Shown: piece by piece, positions 1-13,490 of the stretch | Numbering within the stretch: position 1 is the stretch's first letter | How the letters are laid out: each line of letters opens with the position of its first letter | From: Podarcis liolepis | Taxonomy: Eukaryota | DNA length: 64,000 nt | Direction: 5' to 3' (one strand) | NCBI GenBank assembly: GCA_965112155.1 | Contig: OZ218098.1 | Program-made: the position numbers and the translations under genes | Notes under the pieces: generated by a model | What the model saw: only the letters and a program-made list of their open reading frames with translations | The model's database searches: none | Told to the model about the DNA's origin: nothing

Positions 1-880
1 TCAAATATTATCTGTAAAACACACATTCATAAAACGGGAAATTTGATGTTCTTAACCGCATTCAAGCTTTTATGTGTTAAATCTTTGAGTATCTTAAAAG
101 GTGTACTCTCCATGCTGTGTAAACTATTTACTGCTCATCCACAGGCATAAGCCTTAGAGAGGTTGGGGAGCAGGACTTTAAAATCCCAATAACAGAGAAT
201 GTGTGGAACGCTATACGGAATAAGTCTCATATTTTGGGAAGCTATGCTGAAATTATATTTTACACCTAACAATTGTATTTTACACCAGCTAAGTTAAACA
301 ATATCAACAGTTTTTACCTGTCAATTGCTGAAGGGGGTTGCAAAGGTTGGAGAGATATTATGTCCACATGTGGTGGGAATGCCCAGTTGGCCAAGTGATC
401 TGGGTAATAATATTTCAGAAAGTCTCTGCTATACAGCAACAACTTATTCCTATAGATCCTGTACAAGCTTTATTGTCAATATTTCCTGACACAATGAAAA
501 ACACTTTCTAGAAATATCTACTCATTTTCTTATGGAGGTTGCTCAGCACTACAATCTGGGAATTAACTATGGTGGCTAAATTGACAGAGCACAATAGGCA
601 GGCTAGCAGAATCAAAATGCAAAAAGCTTTCTCCATTTCCTGATACCCCTTCATTGTTTAAATTATTTAAATTACTTCCTCTGGTTTCACAAAGGCCCTT
701 GAGGTCAGATATGATTCCTAAGTACTTTTGGTCACTGGTCTGATAACAACATAACCTATGATTGCTTTATTTTACCTCACATTATGCATTCTTTCTCAAG
801 TGTGAGAGTTTACAATTTTGGATGTCATATCTGTAACCAAGTACTGGGAAATTTAATTAATTTACAGACAATAAAAATAG
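1..880 (+). mobile_element. Degenerate L1-clade LINE, ORF2 C-terminal fragment
   Basis: Broken frames read WEQDFKIPITENVW, YFTPAKLNNIN, HMWWECP (L1 C-terminal CCHC region) and IPIDPVQALLSIF. Boundaries are approximate. Confidence 0.7.
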
Positions 881-1070
881 AACATTCAGGGAACGTCTCC
901 CTTCTTTGGTGCAATGCCAAAACGGATGAGGCCTCTCATATTTCAGTGGGGAGGAATTATTACAAGAAGTCATAAGTTCCTAAAATTATCACTCATCAAG
1001 GTTCAGCTGCCTCCCTAGAATCTCAAAAAATCAAACCTCAGTGCTGAAGTATATTGTAAACAATATATAG

Positions 1071-1420
1071 TAAAGGTAAAGGGACCCCTGACCGTTAGGT
1101 CCAGTCGTGGACGACTCTGGGGTCGCAGAGCTCATCTCGTTTTATTGGCCGAGGGAGCCAGTGTACAGCTTCTGGGTCATGTGGCCAGCATGACTAAACC
1201 GCTTCTGGCGAACCAGAGCAGCAATGGAAATGCCGTTTACCTTCCCGCCAGAGCGGTACCTATTTATCTACTTACACTTGACGTGCTTTCGAACTGCTAG
1301 GTTGGCAGGAGCTGGGACCGAACAACGGGAGCTCATCCTATCGCGGGGATTCGAACCGCCAACCTTCTGATCAGCAAGCCCTAGGCTCTGGGGTTTAGAC
1401 CACAGTGCCACCCGCGTCCC
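1071..1420 (-). mobile_element. Sauria SINE, full length
   Basis: Minus strand starts GGGACGCGGGTGGCACTGTGG (tRNA-like head, B box GGTTCGAATCCC) and ends in an (ACCTTT)n tail. Flanking duplication aaacaatatata. Confidence 0.9.
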
Positions 1421-4400
1421 AAAACAATATATAACCTAATGTTAAAACCTTTGGGCAGCATTCAATTACCACATCCCATCAGCAAAAGCATGTTTCCTTG
1501 CACAGTGGGACTTTCCTCCTCTCCCATGCTCACCCTGCACCCTGTCCAAATCTGTTCCTGGAGGTTGGGAAAACCCCTAAAACAAATTTAGAGGGTGAAC
1601 AAGTGAGGGGGAAAGGCAGAGACTACTCAATTGTACAAAGAGGAATCCTCACACTGACAAAATGAGATACTTAGCACTACACTGGAATCCACCCATTATG
1701 TCTTTCTAGTTCATCTTTTATGAGAACCAATATGTTTTTGGCTTTTAAACAGGTGAATCCTGTTGGATTCTTAACAAAATCCCATCTAGTCCAGCATTCT
1801 GCTCTCACAGTAGCCACACAGATGCTGTGGGGAAGCCCACAAACAGAATATGAGTGCAATAAGTCTCCTGTTCATCTCTGCCAATGTTACTGGAAGTAGT
1901 ATCTAGGCATCATGACTGGAAGCCATTGCACTGCATGAAGAAGGAATTCATTTTGTCTATCTTAACGGCTGGTAACCTGGCAGAACAGAAAGAAGGGATG
2001 CTAGCTATAGGGCTATGGTGGCACCCTCTCTTCCAACCACAGCTTCCATAAAGAGAAGCTGGGACACAATTTTGGTGGATGAGGCTTCCCGCCATTGTAG
2101 CTATCCTTCTAGAACTTGGCAGGTTTCTTGCCTAGGGGCACCTCCCCAATGTATGCTATTTTCTTTTTTAAAAAAATATTCATTGAAACAATAGCAAGGA
2201 TAAATTAATCATTAAAAATCCACCAAACTATAAATGGTTTTCTTTCAAGATTACTGTGGTTGACATTTGGCAGTATTCACTATCTCAGAAGGGGAATGGC
2301 ATGCACACAAGTTTCCTACAATTCTACCAAATAAATTATGTGGGGGGGGGGAGGTACAGATGGTTCCTTTTTTTAAAAGGAACACACACACACCAATTCA
2401 CAGTGCCTGCCAAAGGGGGGGGGTACACATATTTTTCTTGGATTTGACAGGCTTTATGTACTAAAGATTTCCTCTTATGCCTGCAAATTTAATTCACTGT
2501 TTTAAGAAAGATGGTGAGGTGGTTATAGCTATAGGCTTATTTCCTCATGGTAGTCAATGGGAAGTCAGTGCAACATTTCTGTTTTTCTGAATTGGGACTC
2601 TGATTTGTACCCAAAGCTGCTGACTCTAGCTTTATTAGGAACAGAAGAAGTTGAAGTCTCGCTGCTACCCCAAAGAGGGCATCTCCGCACTCTAAGAATG
2701 ACTCTGGAAACTAAGTGATATTCCCACTGGGGCAATTAGTCTCAAATTAGAAGGGTATGTCACTGTGCTGACAAAAGCACTCTAGTTAGTGTTCAAACTA
2801 CTGCTGCAGCTCTTGTTGTTGTTCTGCAATTTATGGAACTTCTCTCTGCACAGAAGTATGGGTGGCTTCAATGCTGCGGCCGACTTTTCCTAATTGAAAT
2901 ATATTATTTTAGAGAGCTGTTATAGAATTAATCATTTTTGTATTGTGCTGAAATTGCTATTGCTGTTTGTTTATTTGAACCGCCTTATACATTTTCAAAA
3001 AATAATAATTTTTGTACTGAATTTTGTTAGTACTGAATTGCATTAGGTGGTTTTTTTGATAATGCAAGATGCCTTGAGTGGGCCATGCTCCAAAAGCACA
3101 ACTTATAAATCATTTTTGCAATATACTAGCTGTCCCTCACAGAGACTGCATCAACTAAAGTTAACCTCAGTCTAACATAAGAGAGAGAGGTTTGAAGAAA
3201 TTACCCCAGGTAGCTTATCTGAAATAAATATTGGTTATGGGTGTGAATTTTTAAGGTTGCTATGTAGAAAAACATCCCAAAAAAAGTCAATTTGCCATTA
3301 TTTAACTAAATTAAACACAACTTAGAAATGCAAACAGTAGCTGACGGCCAGTGAATCACTAATTAGTAGAGGAAAACACTGAAGAGTGGAATCAACTACT
3401 CTCACAGAAACTGCAATTTATCTTCTCATCCCACCGACTCCTCTCTAGCTTTGCTGGGGAAAATCAAAGAACTGGATGGCCATTTCCAATAAATACTGAC
3501 ATCAGTTGCTTCCAATTGACATTTTTTGGTCATCAGCAACTGGTTCTGTCTCTGCGTCTACATTTAGAGTGGTTGAAGACAAACAACTCAAGAGGCTCAC
3601 TCTGAAAAGTTGCTAAGGGGGTCTAGACTGCATACAGTAGAAAGGTGGCAGCTTGAGTTGATATTCCCAAATGGGCCTGATAGCATACCAAAGGAAGCTC
3701 TGCACTGCTCCTGCCTTGTTTTGTAGACATTCTATTTCCCATGCTGTCACTGACGGGTAGCAAAACAAACCCACCTTGTCTTACAACACTCTGAGAGTAA
3801 AGCTACCAATTCTATATCTTCTCGGTGCTTTGGGCCATCTGTTTCTCCAAAGAAGGTATGTGCTGGTGGCCTGGAATTAGTAGCTGCTTAGCCTTACAAT
3901 CCTAAGCATGCCTACTCTAAGTCCTGCTGAATTCAATGGGGCCAACTGCCAGGTCAGTGGAGTTAGGATTGGAAGCTTATTCCAAAACCACTCCGTGAGT
4001 CAAGTACGTCAGCAGAACCATCTAAACCCTGTCACCCTTCCTGGTGGGTCCTGCTAAAAGGCCTTCAGAAATTACTGAGGGAAGCAATGGCATTGATACA
4101 TGGTGTGGTGGGAAGGAAGGAGGGGTGAAGAAACAAACTTCCAGGCCCCAGGCCTCTATGATTCCTAAAACAGGTCAATTGGAACCAATGGGAAAATGTC
4201 ACCTAAGCAACAGCAGCCACCCGGAGAAGCAACGGGCATGAGAAATTAATAGCTGCTCACAATGCTTATTAGCTAATATTCCTACCCCATTTACTTGAAA
4301 CATGGACACTCATTAATATTTGCCAGGAAATAATGCTCTTAAGCATGTCAAGCCCAAATAAAATTAAGGCATCTCTCACCTGCAGAAAGCCCTCTCTACC

Positions 4401-5661
4401 AATTCCCCATGGTGCCTGAAATGCCTCCCATAAAACTTCCCCTGCCCCCACCATTTTGATTTCGGGTGGCTCAGTTTGCAAAGCCAAATTCTGCATGATG
4501 TCACTGAGCTTTTGTCCATCACTAATAACTTACTTGTAGGTAATTCAGGTGTGATAAATAGAATAATAGTGCATCTGAGTTGGTTATATATTCAGGTTTT
4601 ACTTTTCAAGAATCAGCCAAAGACGTGGTCCTTTATTAAAGAAACCTTGGCTATCCCAGAGTTAGTTGCATTATGTTGGCAGTCAAGATCCTCTATATTT
4701 ACATAAATCAAATAGGGTTCTAAAGAGAGCTTAGTGTAATTTACTGTATAGTTTACAGAGAATAGGGTTTGTGGTCTACCCCTCTTGTTTCGCATCTGGG
4801 AATGATGCCCAGAGTGCTGTCAAAATCAAACTCAAGCATCAAGGATGTGTCATAAATTGTATGCTACTCAGAACTGAGCCTTTGACATGAAAAAGAAGGT
4901 TATCATTTTGTAATAGGAATATCAATATTGATTTCTTTAAACTCATTGATCAGTCGTATTTCTACATAAAGCTGGGGAAAGGTTGGGCTGGAGAGAGAAA
5001 TGCCACACTATCTGTCATAAATGCATTGGCAAGAACCAATTGGAGAGACCACTGGAGATTTGTGTTCCATGTCTACTTCACATGACAAATAATTTAGAAA
5101 GTACTTCCTCTCATAGAGGGAGGCTCTGCTAATACAGAAAGATGTCAGCATGCTAACAGGTTCTTAATAGGCAATTAAAGGCAGGCCTATGCTTATAGTA
5201 AGTGCCTCTTGTGGTACCAGTTAATTAGCATGATAAAATCCTCATTTTGTTTCATGATGGTTCTTTCGTTTGTATTCATGAGAGAAAAGGCATGGTAATT
5301 TACCCCTGTGAATGCTAGCGATAATTAAAAATGCAGAAAGTGATTTGACCCTTATCCACAATAAGGCTCAGGTGCAACAAAACCCATAGGAAGAAGAAGA
5401 GCTACTGCACCTTAATGAACTACAGACAGTTTAACATCACAGCCAACAACAGTGAAGTACTCATGGCTGGGGCAAGAAGAACAACTCAACAGTTTTTATT
5501 AGGCCTTTTCTGACCTTCCATAATATGAACATGACAGGGGGCATTGCACTGAATGTTGAAACTACATTCTCTCACAACTGATCATATATATATATGAATA
5601 TTAAGGCCCTCATTTAATTATATGCAAGTATCTGTAAGCAAATCCTGATGGGCTTTCTTCT

Positions 5662-6019
5662 GGTAAGGTAAAGGTAAAGGGACCCCTGACCATTAGGTCC
5701 AGTCGTGACCGACTCTGGGTTGCGGCGCTCATCTCGCTTTATTGGCCGAGGGAGCCGGCGTACAGCTTCCGGGTCATGTGGCCAGCATGACTAAGCCACT
5801 TCTGGTGAACCAGAGCAGCACACGGAAACACCATTTACCTTCCCACCAGAGTGGTACCTATTTATCTACTTGCACTTGGACGTGCTTTCGAACTCCTAGG
5901 TTGGCAGGAGCAGGGACCGAGCAACGGGAGCTCACCCCGTCGTAGGGATTTGAACTGCCGACCTTCTGATCAGCAACTCCTAGGCTCTGTGGTTTGACCC
6001 ACAGCGCTACCTGTGTCCC
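5662..6019 (-). mobile_element. Sauria SINE, full length
   Basis: Highly similar to the 1071-1420 copy, with an ACCTTT tail. No clear TSD. Confidence 0.9.
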
Positions 6020-7491
6020 TACTTGCAAAAACTGGTGAGGATGTGCAAAAATGGAGCACTAAATGTGCATGTGCAGACACTCTTAACCATTCCACAATTC
6101 CAAATTGGCCCTGGGTTACCATTCCCCTTTCCTTCTTACTACACACTCTCACATGAAGGCACATGTTTACTGAATCCATGGTGTATGAAAAGGGGTAAAA
6201 ATCAAACTACCACCCACAGAGTACTTAAATATGCTTAATATATAAATAAGTCATTTCCTTTTTATCAAAAAACCTATTTGTAGATTGTTATCAATACACA
6301 CATCCAAACATAGCATAATAAATAGAAGCGCTTTTGGAGAAGTTCACAGTGCAATCCAATGCATGTCTGCTCAGAAGCAAATATTGTTGAGTTTAATTAA
6401 ACTTCTTTCCAGGTAAGGGGGTACAGCTGCCTTCGCCAACTAAGTGCACTTCCGGTGTTTTGGACCACAACTTCCATCAGTGTGGGCTGGAGCTGTAGTC
6501 CAAAAAATCTGGAGAGAACCCAGCTGGCAACGGCTGTTGTATAGGATTGCAACCATATCCAATACTCACCTATCTTGGGAGTAAGTCCCAGTGAACTTAA
6601 ACAGCAGTTACTGAGCTGAGTGGTTAGCCAAGCACAGGACTGCACCATTAGTCTCCTTTTGCTAATCATTGCCCTGCAACCAATAAAGCTAATAATGTTC
6701 GCTTTATTCCTTTAAAATTCTCATATTACAGAAACAACCTGAGGTTTTCTACCATGACAGTACAGTATTCAAGTACGTGTTTTGTTACCAGTTTTCTACA
6801 ACTCTGGGTGTGTGGTTTTTTGCATGTTTGTGACACTCTCTTTGATTGTCTTAATAATTTGAAATTTGATTTCCTCCCCTCCTCAGTATAAAACTGCCCA
6901 CTTCTACTTCATGCTTACTACTTCACAGTGAAAAGGGAGGAGGATGAAGGATAGTGAAACACATGGTGGAGGAGAAAGTGAGAATGGCAATTTCAGGGAA
7001 CATGAACAAACCACCAATCAACAAGATGAAACACTGTGCGTGTGTTTTCTGCATTCCTTCAACACGTTAACAGAATAAGAAAAATGATAGCTAGAGTCTT
7101 ACCTGTTGGACATACAATGGAGCTCTCACAGCCAGTACGCTTGGTAGACACAGTTGGAGAATATTCAACTTCCTCATGAGTGCTATCCTTTGAGTATGAC
7201 TCTGTTTGCTCTTAATAACACAGACCAAGTGCTCCTTGTTATTTAATAGAAGTGACTGCATGATCTGATATTTTAAGTAGCCATTTCCCCAAAGTTCTTT
7301 GCCAGAAATCCCATAATGTCCTTCAGTAGAAACCAATTATTGACAGTCTAATCCTAATTTCGCTCCTCCCCCCACCATGTAGAAAAGTAGGGGGAAATTG
7401 TCAAAGATATAATTTGACTCAGGTTTTATTTGAAGCCCAGTCTATCAAATCTCTCCTTTCTTGTGGGGGGGGGGGGTTGCAAACCAAAATA

Positions 7492-7578
7492 CAGATATCC
7501 TTTGAAATTCAGACTTATTTGAATTTTGCTATGCAGATATCCTTTGAAATTCAGACTTATTTGAATTTTGCTATGCAG
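7492..7578. repeat. Perfect 42-bp tandem duplication inside an old interspersed repeat (about 7400-7780; inverted related copy at about 25330-25660)
   Basis: cagatatcctttgaaattcagacttatttgaattttgctatg occurs twice (7492-7533 and 7534-7575). Confidence 0.85.
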
Positions 7579-7949
7579 TTTGCCAACCAAATAATGGTAC
7601 AAAAATGCATCTGCTGGGGAAAGATGTGCATAAAAACGAACATATTGGTGAAATTAAATCAATGGGCACATGCGTGAAAAATGAGTGTATTTGTCACAAT
7701 TGCATATGAACTGTGTTTATTAGGAAAAATTCACACTAAAATGCTGATGAATTTTCACGAGTATTGGGAAAATGAGAAACTGAAAGAACTGAACTACACA
7801 GGTTATTCCCTCCCTGATCAAAATCATGATGATCTATGTTCCCAGCTACATGTAACCAACAAAGCTCTCCAAGATTACTCCAAAATGTGCACATCAGTGC
7901 AAAAAAACCAACCCCCCCCAAACCTGCATCTTTGGCTATTTTCTCCTCA

Positions 7950-8571
7950 TGAAGGAATGGGTTTCCCAAACCCCAAAACTGGCTGTGCAGGCAGTTTCTA
8001 AACTGCACCAAAATCCCCATTTCTCCTTAGCTAAAATGCATAAACTTTAGCCGTTGAACAAATGCAAAACAAGAACACAGCTCTCTACCTTATCAGTTTG
8101 ACGGCAAGGCTGGCCTTGACTTTACCAGTAGAACAGACACAGGCATATCTTATGTCCTGGCCACAAATGACGCAGAGACCCAAGTCTGGGACTAACGCCA
8201 GAGCATGTTCTCGGAAGTAGTGACCTCTTGCTCCAAGATAGGAGTAGGAACAGGAATATCCTTTTATGGTCAGGAGTGCAGGAAGGAAATCCCTTTTATG
8301 GTTGAGAGTACCAGAGCAGGAACATATGTGATGTCAACCTACGTATACAAGCTGACGTGGTTGGAAGGTGGGGGAGGGTGCCTGGAGGATATATATACTG
8401 CATGAAACTTGTCATTTCTTTGGACTTGCTGTGGACTCACCACGCAAGTGCCTTCTGCTATCCGGAGAGCAGAATAAACTCTTTCTTTGAACCAACTCGG
8501 TGTCATTTTGACTTCCTTCCTCCTGTCACGGAGCAATGCAGACCCAATCGGTGAACTCCAATAAGGCTACA
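7950..8571 (+). repeat. 5' LTR
   Basis: TGAAGG...GCTACA. TATA-like TATATATA at 8390-8397 and AATAAA at 8473-8478. Matches 14371-14992 with no difference found by eye. Confidence 0.95.
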
Positions 8572-8576
8572 TTTCT

Positions 8577-8594
8577 TGGTGCGTTGGCCGGGAA
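8577..8594 (+). promoter_or_regulatory. Primer-binding site complementary to the tRNA-Gly(TCC) 3' end
   Basis: TGGTGCGTTGGCCGGGAA is the exact reverse complement of TTCCCGGCCAACGCACCA (vertebrate tRNA-Gly-TCC 3' end, recalled). It lies 5 nt after the 5' LTR. Confidence 0.9.
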
Positions 8595-8841
8595 TCCGCG
8601 TTCTCCGAGGACAGGACAAAGGACCGAGACGTCACTGCTAAGCGAACAGCTGGGTCGGCATTGGTGGCTCCAAGCGCGCACCCTGCCATTTCTAGGGGGA
8701 GCCCCCACGCCGTACCTGAGTGGAGACGCAGCAGAGACGGAAGAAAGAGACAGCAGCTGCACGGGGAAAAGGGTGCCCAAGGGAAGGGTAAGGTAGGCTC
8801 CACAGCTTGTTTGTGGGAGTCAGGGGTTTGATCAGCCCCGC

Positions 8842-8940
8842 CCAGTAGGAGCAGTAAAGTGCCGCTGGGTTTAGCCAGTAGAGAGCAGTAGTGTGCCGCT
8901 GGTTTGCCGGTAGAAGAGCAGTAAAGTGCCACCGGCTTTG
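8842..8940 (+). repeat. Three imperfect ~33-bp tandem repeats in the ERV leader
   Basis: Unit approximately ccagtag(a)gagcagtaaagtgccgctgggtttag. Confidence 0.8.
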
Positions 8941-9211
8941 GGAAGTTTATGGGTAAAGGGGATTGGGGAGGTGCATGGGGTTTGTATGTGTATGGGGGTT
9001 TGTATGTATGTGTATTTATTTGTGTATGGGGACACTCCAGTGAATGTTTTGAGTGGATGAGCCGTTGGGGCTCAGAGCCACTGACGAAGCGAAGTGTGGT
9101 CCTTGTAAGGTGCGGTTCCTAGTGATGCGAGTCTGTCTAGGCCACTAAGAGGACGCGGAGAAAGGTGACTGGGTGAGAAACAACTCTAGGTGGACGGAGT
9201 GTCTCAGGGCT

Positions 9212-9286
9212 ATGGGGAAAAAAACAAAACCAACAAACAGCAAACTAACCCCCTTGCAGTGTTTGTTCTTTTTGGACAATTGGAAA
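9212..9286 (+). pseudogene. gag: ERV gag matrix N-terminal remnant
   Basis: MGKKTKPTNSKLTPLQCLFFLDNWK resembles class I MA starts (MG...TPLxC(I/L)xxNW). Homology is lost after a local 24-bp duplication. Confidence 0.55.
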
Positions 9287-11872
9287 TGTCAAGCTACAAT
9301 TGGACAATTGGAAATGTCAAGCTGTTTCCCCCTGTTCTGGGAAACAGACCTTAAAACACCTAGAATCTTGCAGAGTAAAAGTATAAAAAGGGATTATTTG
9401 GTCTTTAACACTAAAAGTGACATGAGTTGCTCATGAGGTCAAATTTTATATTTTCATGTTAAAGGTGAGGAGGTTTCAATTACTAATACAAACATGTAAT
9501 CATGTACTGGTTTCAGAATTTGAATGTCATCAATTCACTGTGCTTTGAGCTACCTGGTATCTTAATGTTTTTGTTAATAAGTTTGTTTCTTATTGACTCT
9601 GTTGCATAAGGTACCCTGAGTGATTTAGAAACCACTTGTTAAATGTTGATCAAAAGTAAAAATGTACAAATGTATGGGAAAAGGTAGTGTTGTCAAAAGG
9701 GATGGGGTTTTAAATCCCATGTTCAGACAGATGAGAAGAGAAGTGAGAGGGTTACGGGGGACAAAGCAGTAAATCATCCCCCTTGCAGTGTCTGTGTTTA
9801 ACACAGAAACAAAGACGCTATGCAGCCCTTGGTGGAGTCTGGAAACCAGGTTAAAATGGGGCCAAAGAACACATACCCTGAGTGTAAAAATTACAAAATT
9901 ACTAAATATTGCATGGCATGCCAGCCCCCAGAGCATGAGCACGAGTACCTGTGTCATTTAAACATACAACCTGTTTTTGTTATCATAGAGGCGGTTCTGT
10001 AAATTTGACATACTTTTACAAGTAGCAGCAAAGGGAATTTGGAATATATTTGCAGACCTGTGTTGTGTGCGTACCTCACGAGTCTTTTCAAGATTGCATC
10101 TTGCTAACTGTGATTGTATGATGAATCTGTTTCCAAAGACCCCCGTTAACACCTAAAAGCCACCTCTCAGACGCAGCACAAGGTGGAGGAGGAAACACAG
10201 GACAGTATGTGCTTTAATTATAATTTGCAGCTTTTAAAACTTAAAGGGGTGTGCAAGTTAGATTTTATTATAGATCTCAGCTCAGTTTAAAATAAGGATG
10301 AGCATACTATTTGATACCAAAATTGGTTTTTGCACTACCTTTCTTCTGATATATTTTTGAAATGCGTCTAATTTTTATTTGTAAAAGGGATGAACAATTG
10401 TGTCCCAAATATTATGGGGAAGGTGTTGAAGTAGTAAGAGCTGGAGAAGGTAGAGGGAAGTAGAAAAGAAGGTGAGAGGTAGAGGGTAGAGAAGTGAGAA
10501 TGTTGGAACAGGAGAAAAGTGGGTAATGGGCTGTAAAGACGGTTGAGTGTTTATGCTGATGAGTATTAATGAAAGTAATATATTAAGATGCTATTATTGA
10601 GAGAGAGTTTACTAAATATAGTAAAAGCTGAATTGCATAAAGGGTGTGTGTGACCAGCGACACACTGGTGTCAAAGTCTTGCATATGCTGTTAGCATGCA
10701 GTCAGATTCTTGGTTGAGGTTTCCGTGAGTAAAACCAGCTTTTAAATAATTCTGAATTAAGAATTAAGAATCCATAAATTAACAGCAAGAGTAGGGACCT
10801 GGAATATTGTTTGTGCTCTTTTTAGTATGTCCCTCCCATGAAAGATACTCACTGGACATCTATTAATTGAAAATTGAGATGGCTCTGAGTGTACATGCCA
10901 GGAGAGGTCTTAGGCAAAATAATTTTTATTTCCCTGTTTACATTAGGCTGTGGAAAGTGTTCCAAAACAGACATCTTATATGAGAAAGGGAGATATTGAA
11001 GCTCTTTGTGTTGATTGAACCTCCAAAGTTGTCAAATGCATTAGTGACAGCAGAATCAAGATGTTGATAGACAAATACCTCAATGCTTATTGATACAATT
11101 ACCCCCCCCCCACTAGAGGACTAGTGGGTAGATCCAACCCAATATTTGTGTGTTAATAATGTCTACAGCTTCAAGAGCAACAAAAGCTCTATTAGAGGCT
11201 CTTTCCTTCAACTATACAATCTTGCAGGAAGTGCAGAGAAAGTGGAACTTGGGTTTTCAAACCAAAATGCTAAGTAAAACAGAATGATGTGAACACTGGC
11301 CCAACTGAGTGCATGAATGTGTGAATCCATTTAGGAAGAGTGTTGGGGTGAAATAGCAAGTGTGTGTATTGGGAAATTGGGACCTTAATTCATAAAGCAA
11401 ATAACACCAAGCAAGCTTTGTCCTTCAGCAGAATACACTTAAGATACAATGTACACAAAGCTACAGTGATACACAAAAGCTACAGAGCTTTTCTCTAGTG
11501 TAGGATTTGTTTACATCCTCTGTAGCATACGCAAGCAGGACCAAAAATGCAGGAGGAATCAGATGCCACATTTTGAAGTAGGTGAAGGCCCCACTGCCTG
11601 TATTCGTTCGTTTGTGGTGTGTGCCTTTCTTTGTGGTTTCAAATATGAAAGTTGTCAGGCACTTCTTATCAGGGCTGCTGATGTCATATGCTTTCGTAGC
11701 CTTCTCCGACATGGTGATGTTCCCTAAAATGTTCCTAGTGCTCCAGGTCAGATATTTAGTTTCACATTATGAAAAGGAACAAGCAGGAACCTTTCCCCTA
11801 AACAGTGTCTTGCTTGGTACCTGCTCTCTCACCCCCCCATCTGCTCTACATAGGATTGAATTAAATAGATAT

Positions 11873-11874
<2 letters not shown>

Positions 11875-11944
<70 letters not shown>
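11875..11944 (+). repeat. Poly-A plus (GAAA)n microsatellite inside the ERV
   Basis: Seen directly. Confidence 0.95.
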
Positions 11945-11945
<1 letters not shown>

Positions 11946-12613
11946 TTGGTGTTAAAGAGTTGAGTTGCACTCTGTCTCCTTCTGTGTGTAATATACAGAT
12001 GCAGAAATGAGTTTATATTTAGTCAGCATGAGTTGCTTATTCCTCCTGTTTAATAGGAATACCCTTTCTGACTGTCATCAGATGTTTTCTTATAAGAAAA
12101 CTTAGCCACACAGCAGGTAGCACTTAACTTATTGTTGTACTATAATTATAACTGAACCACTGTCCCAAGTCAATTAAGTATGTGAATATGTATATCAAGA
12201 TTAAATCATTTGCAGATAAATAATAGATAATAATAGGGGGAAACTGGGAAGGACTGTCCTACAGTTTATTCAAAAGGTCAATCAACTTTCAAATGCAGCC
12301 CAACAGAACACCCTTTCGCAGTGAATATTCTGCAGAAAGAATTTAAAACAGAAGCATATCTTAAGAGGCAAAGGTAGGATAATCACGGTAATATGCTACC
12401 CTCCGAGAGAATCTCATTCTTTTGTGATTTAATTTCTGCTTGCAATTTGTGTGTATATGCTACAATCACATTTATCCCTGCAGAAGAGCCAGCATCTGGT
12501 ACATGTTTTGTATGTGCTTTTAAGCTTTCTGTTTGTGTAAATGATTTCAGATGCCAGATCATCACCTGTGTCACCTTGTTAATGTACTTCATCTTTGTGT
12601 CAGTGTCACACAC

Positions 12614-12618
<5 letters not shown>

Positions 12619-12654
<36 letters not shown>
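12619..12654 (+). repeat. (GA)n microsatellite inside the ERV
   Basis: Seen directly. Confidence 0.95.
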
Positions 12655-12659
<5 letters not shown>

Positions 12660-13047
12660 AGAGGGGGGAATGATGTTGGGATTGAATAATTTAGAAAGTA
12701 CTTAAGAAAAGGAGGTGAAGTAGACAAAAGGACAGTAAAAAAAAGGGTGTTTCAGTATATAAGATCATATAGCGATAAAGTGGGCGTAGTGCCTTTGGTC
12801 CTGAGGGCAGCAGAGTACAGGGATGGGAATTGGCTGAAGAAACAGAAGGCATTAATGGGGTAATGGGGCCCTTTGGATGTCCAGCAGTCCTTTGTTGGGC
12901 TCAAATTGTCGTTTTTGTGTGTGTATTGAATATATGTTATATGGTGATTTGTGGACCTAGTAGGTATCCAAAGCCATTTGCACATGGCGAAATATGTTTT
13001 CTATCAAGGTAATTTTATCAAGGTAATTGTTAGACCCTGATGATGAT

Positions 13048-13490
13048 CAACCCATAGCCTATTTGTCTGGAAAATTAACCACTACGGAACAAGGTTTGCC
13101 TCCCTGCATGTGAGCAGTAGTGGCGGCTGCCACTGACTAAAAGAGAACTGACAGGTTCACCTTTGGACAAGAAACTACGTGCGTCACTCCTCATGCTGTG
13201 CCAGCATTGGTGGACATGAAAGGAACTTATTTTTCTATCCCAAGCAAAGATGATGAAGCGCCTAGCAGCTGACTTATACTGCCCATGCACCCGCGGTTGC
13301 AGCTGAGAATTACTGAGACTCTTAACCTGGTTACCTATGGGAGAGGATGGGCCTCCAACACCTGACTGCATATATTCCAGCAGGCCTGATTTGAAGGATG
13401 AAGCAAACCCCAGGCAGTATCTGATTGGACTGCTACGATTGATCTACACCAACCCCTTCGACTCACCATCTCTCGGTGCCCTACAGACGC
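13048..13490 (+). pseudogene. pol: ERV pol remnant: RT connection/tether region joined to a probable integrase C-terminal tail
   Basis: QPIAYLSGKLTTTEQGLPPCM*AVVAAA...FTFGQETTCVTPHAV matches MLV-type [22 protein letters not shown]...LTMGQPLVILAPHAV. Followed by PDCIYSSRPDLKDE and then DWTATIDLHQPLRLTISR. Contains stops and frameshifts. Confidence 0.8.

Noticed and set aside
8205-8554. Duplicated small ORFs (also at 14626-14975) as duplicated genes
   Set aside because: They are chance ORFs inside the two LTRs.
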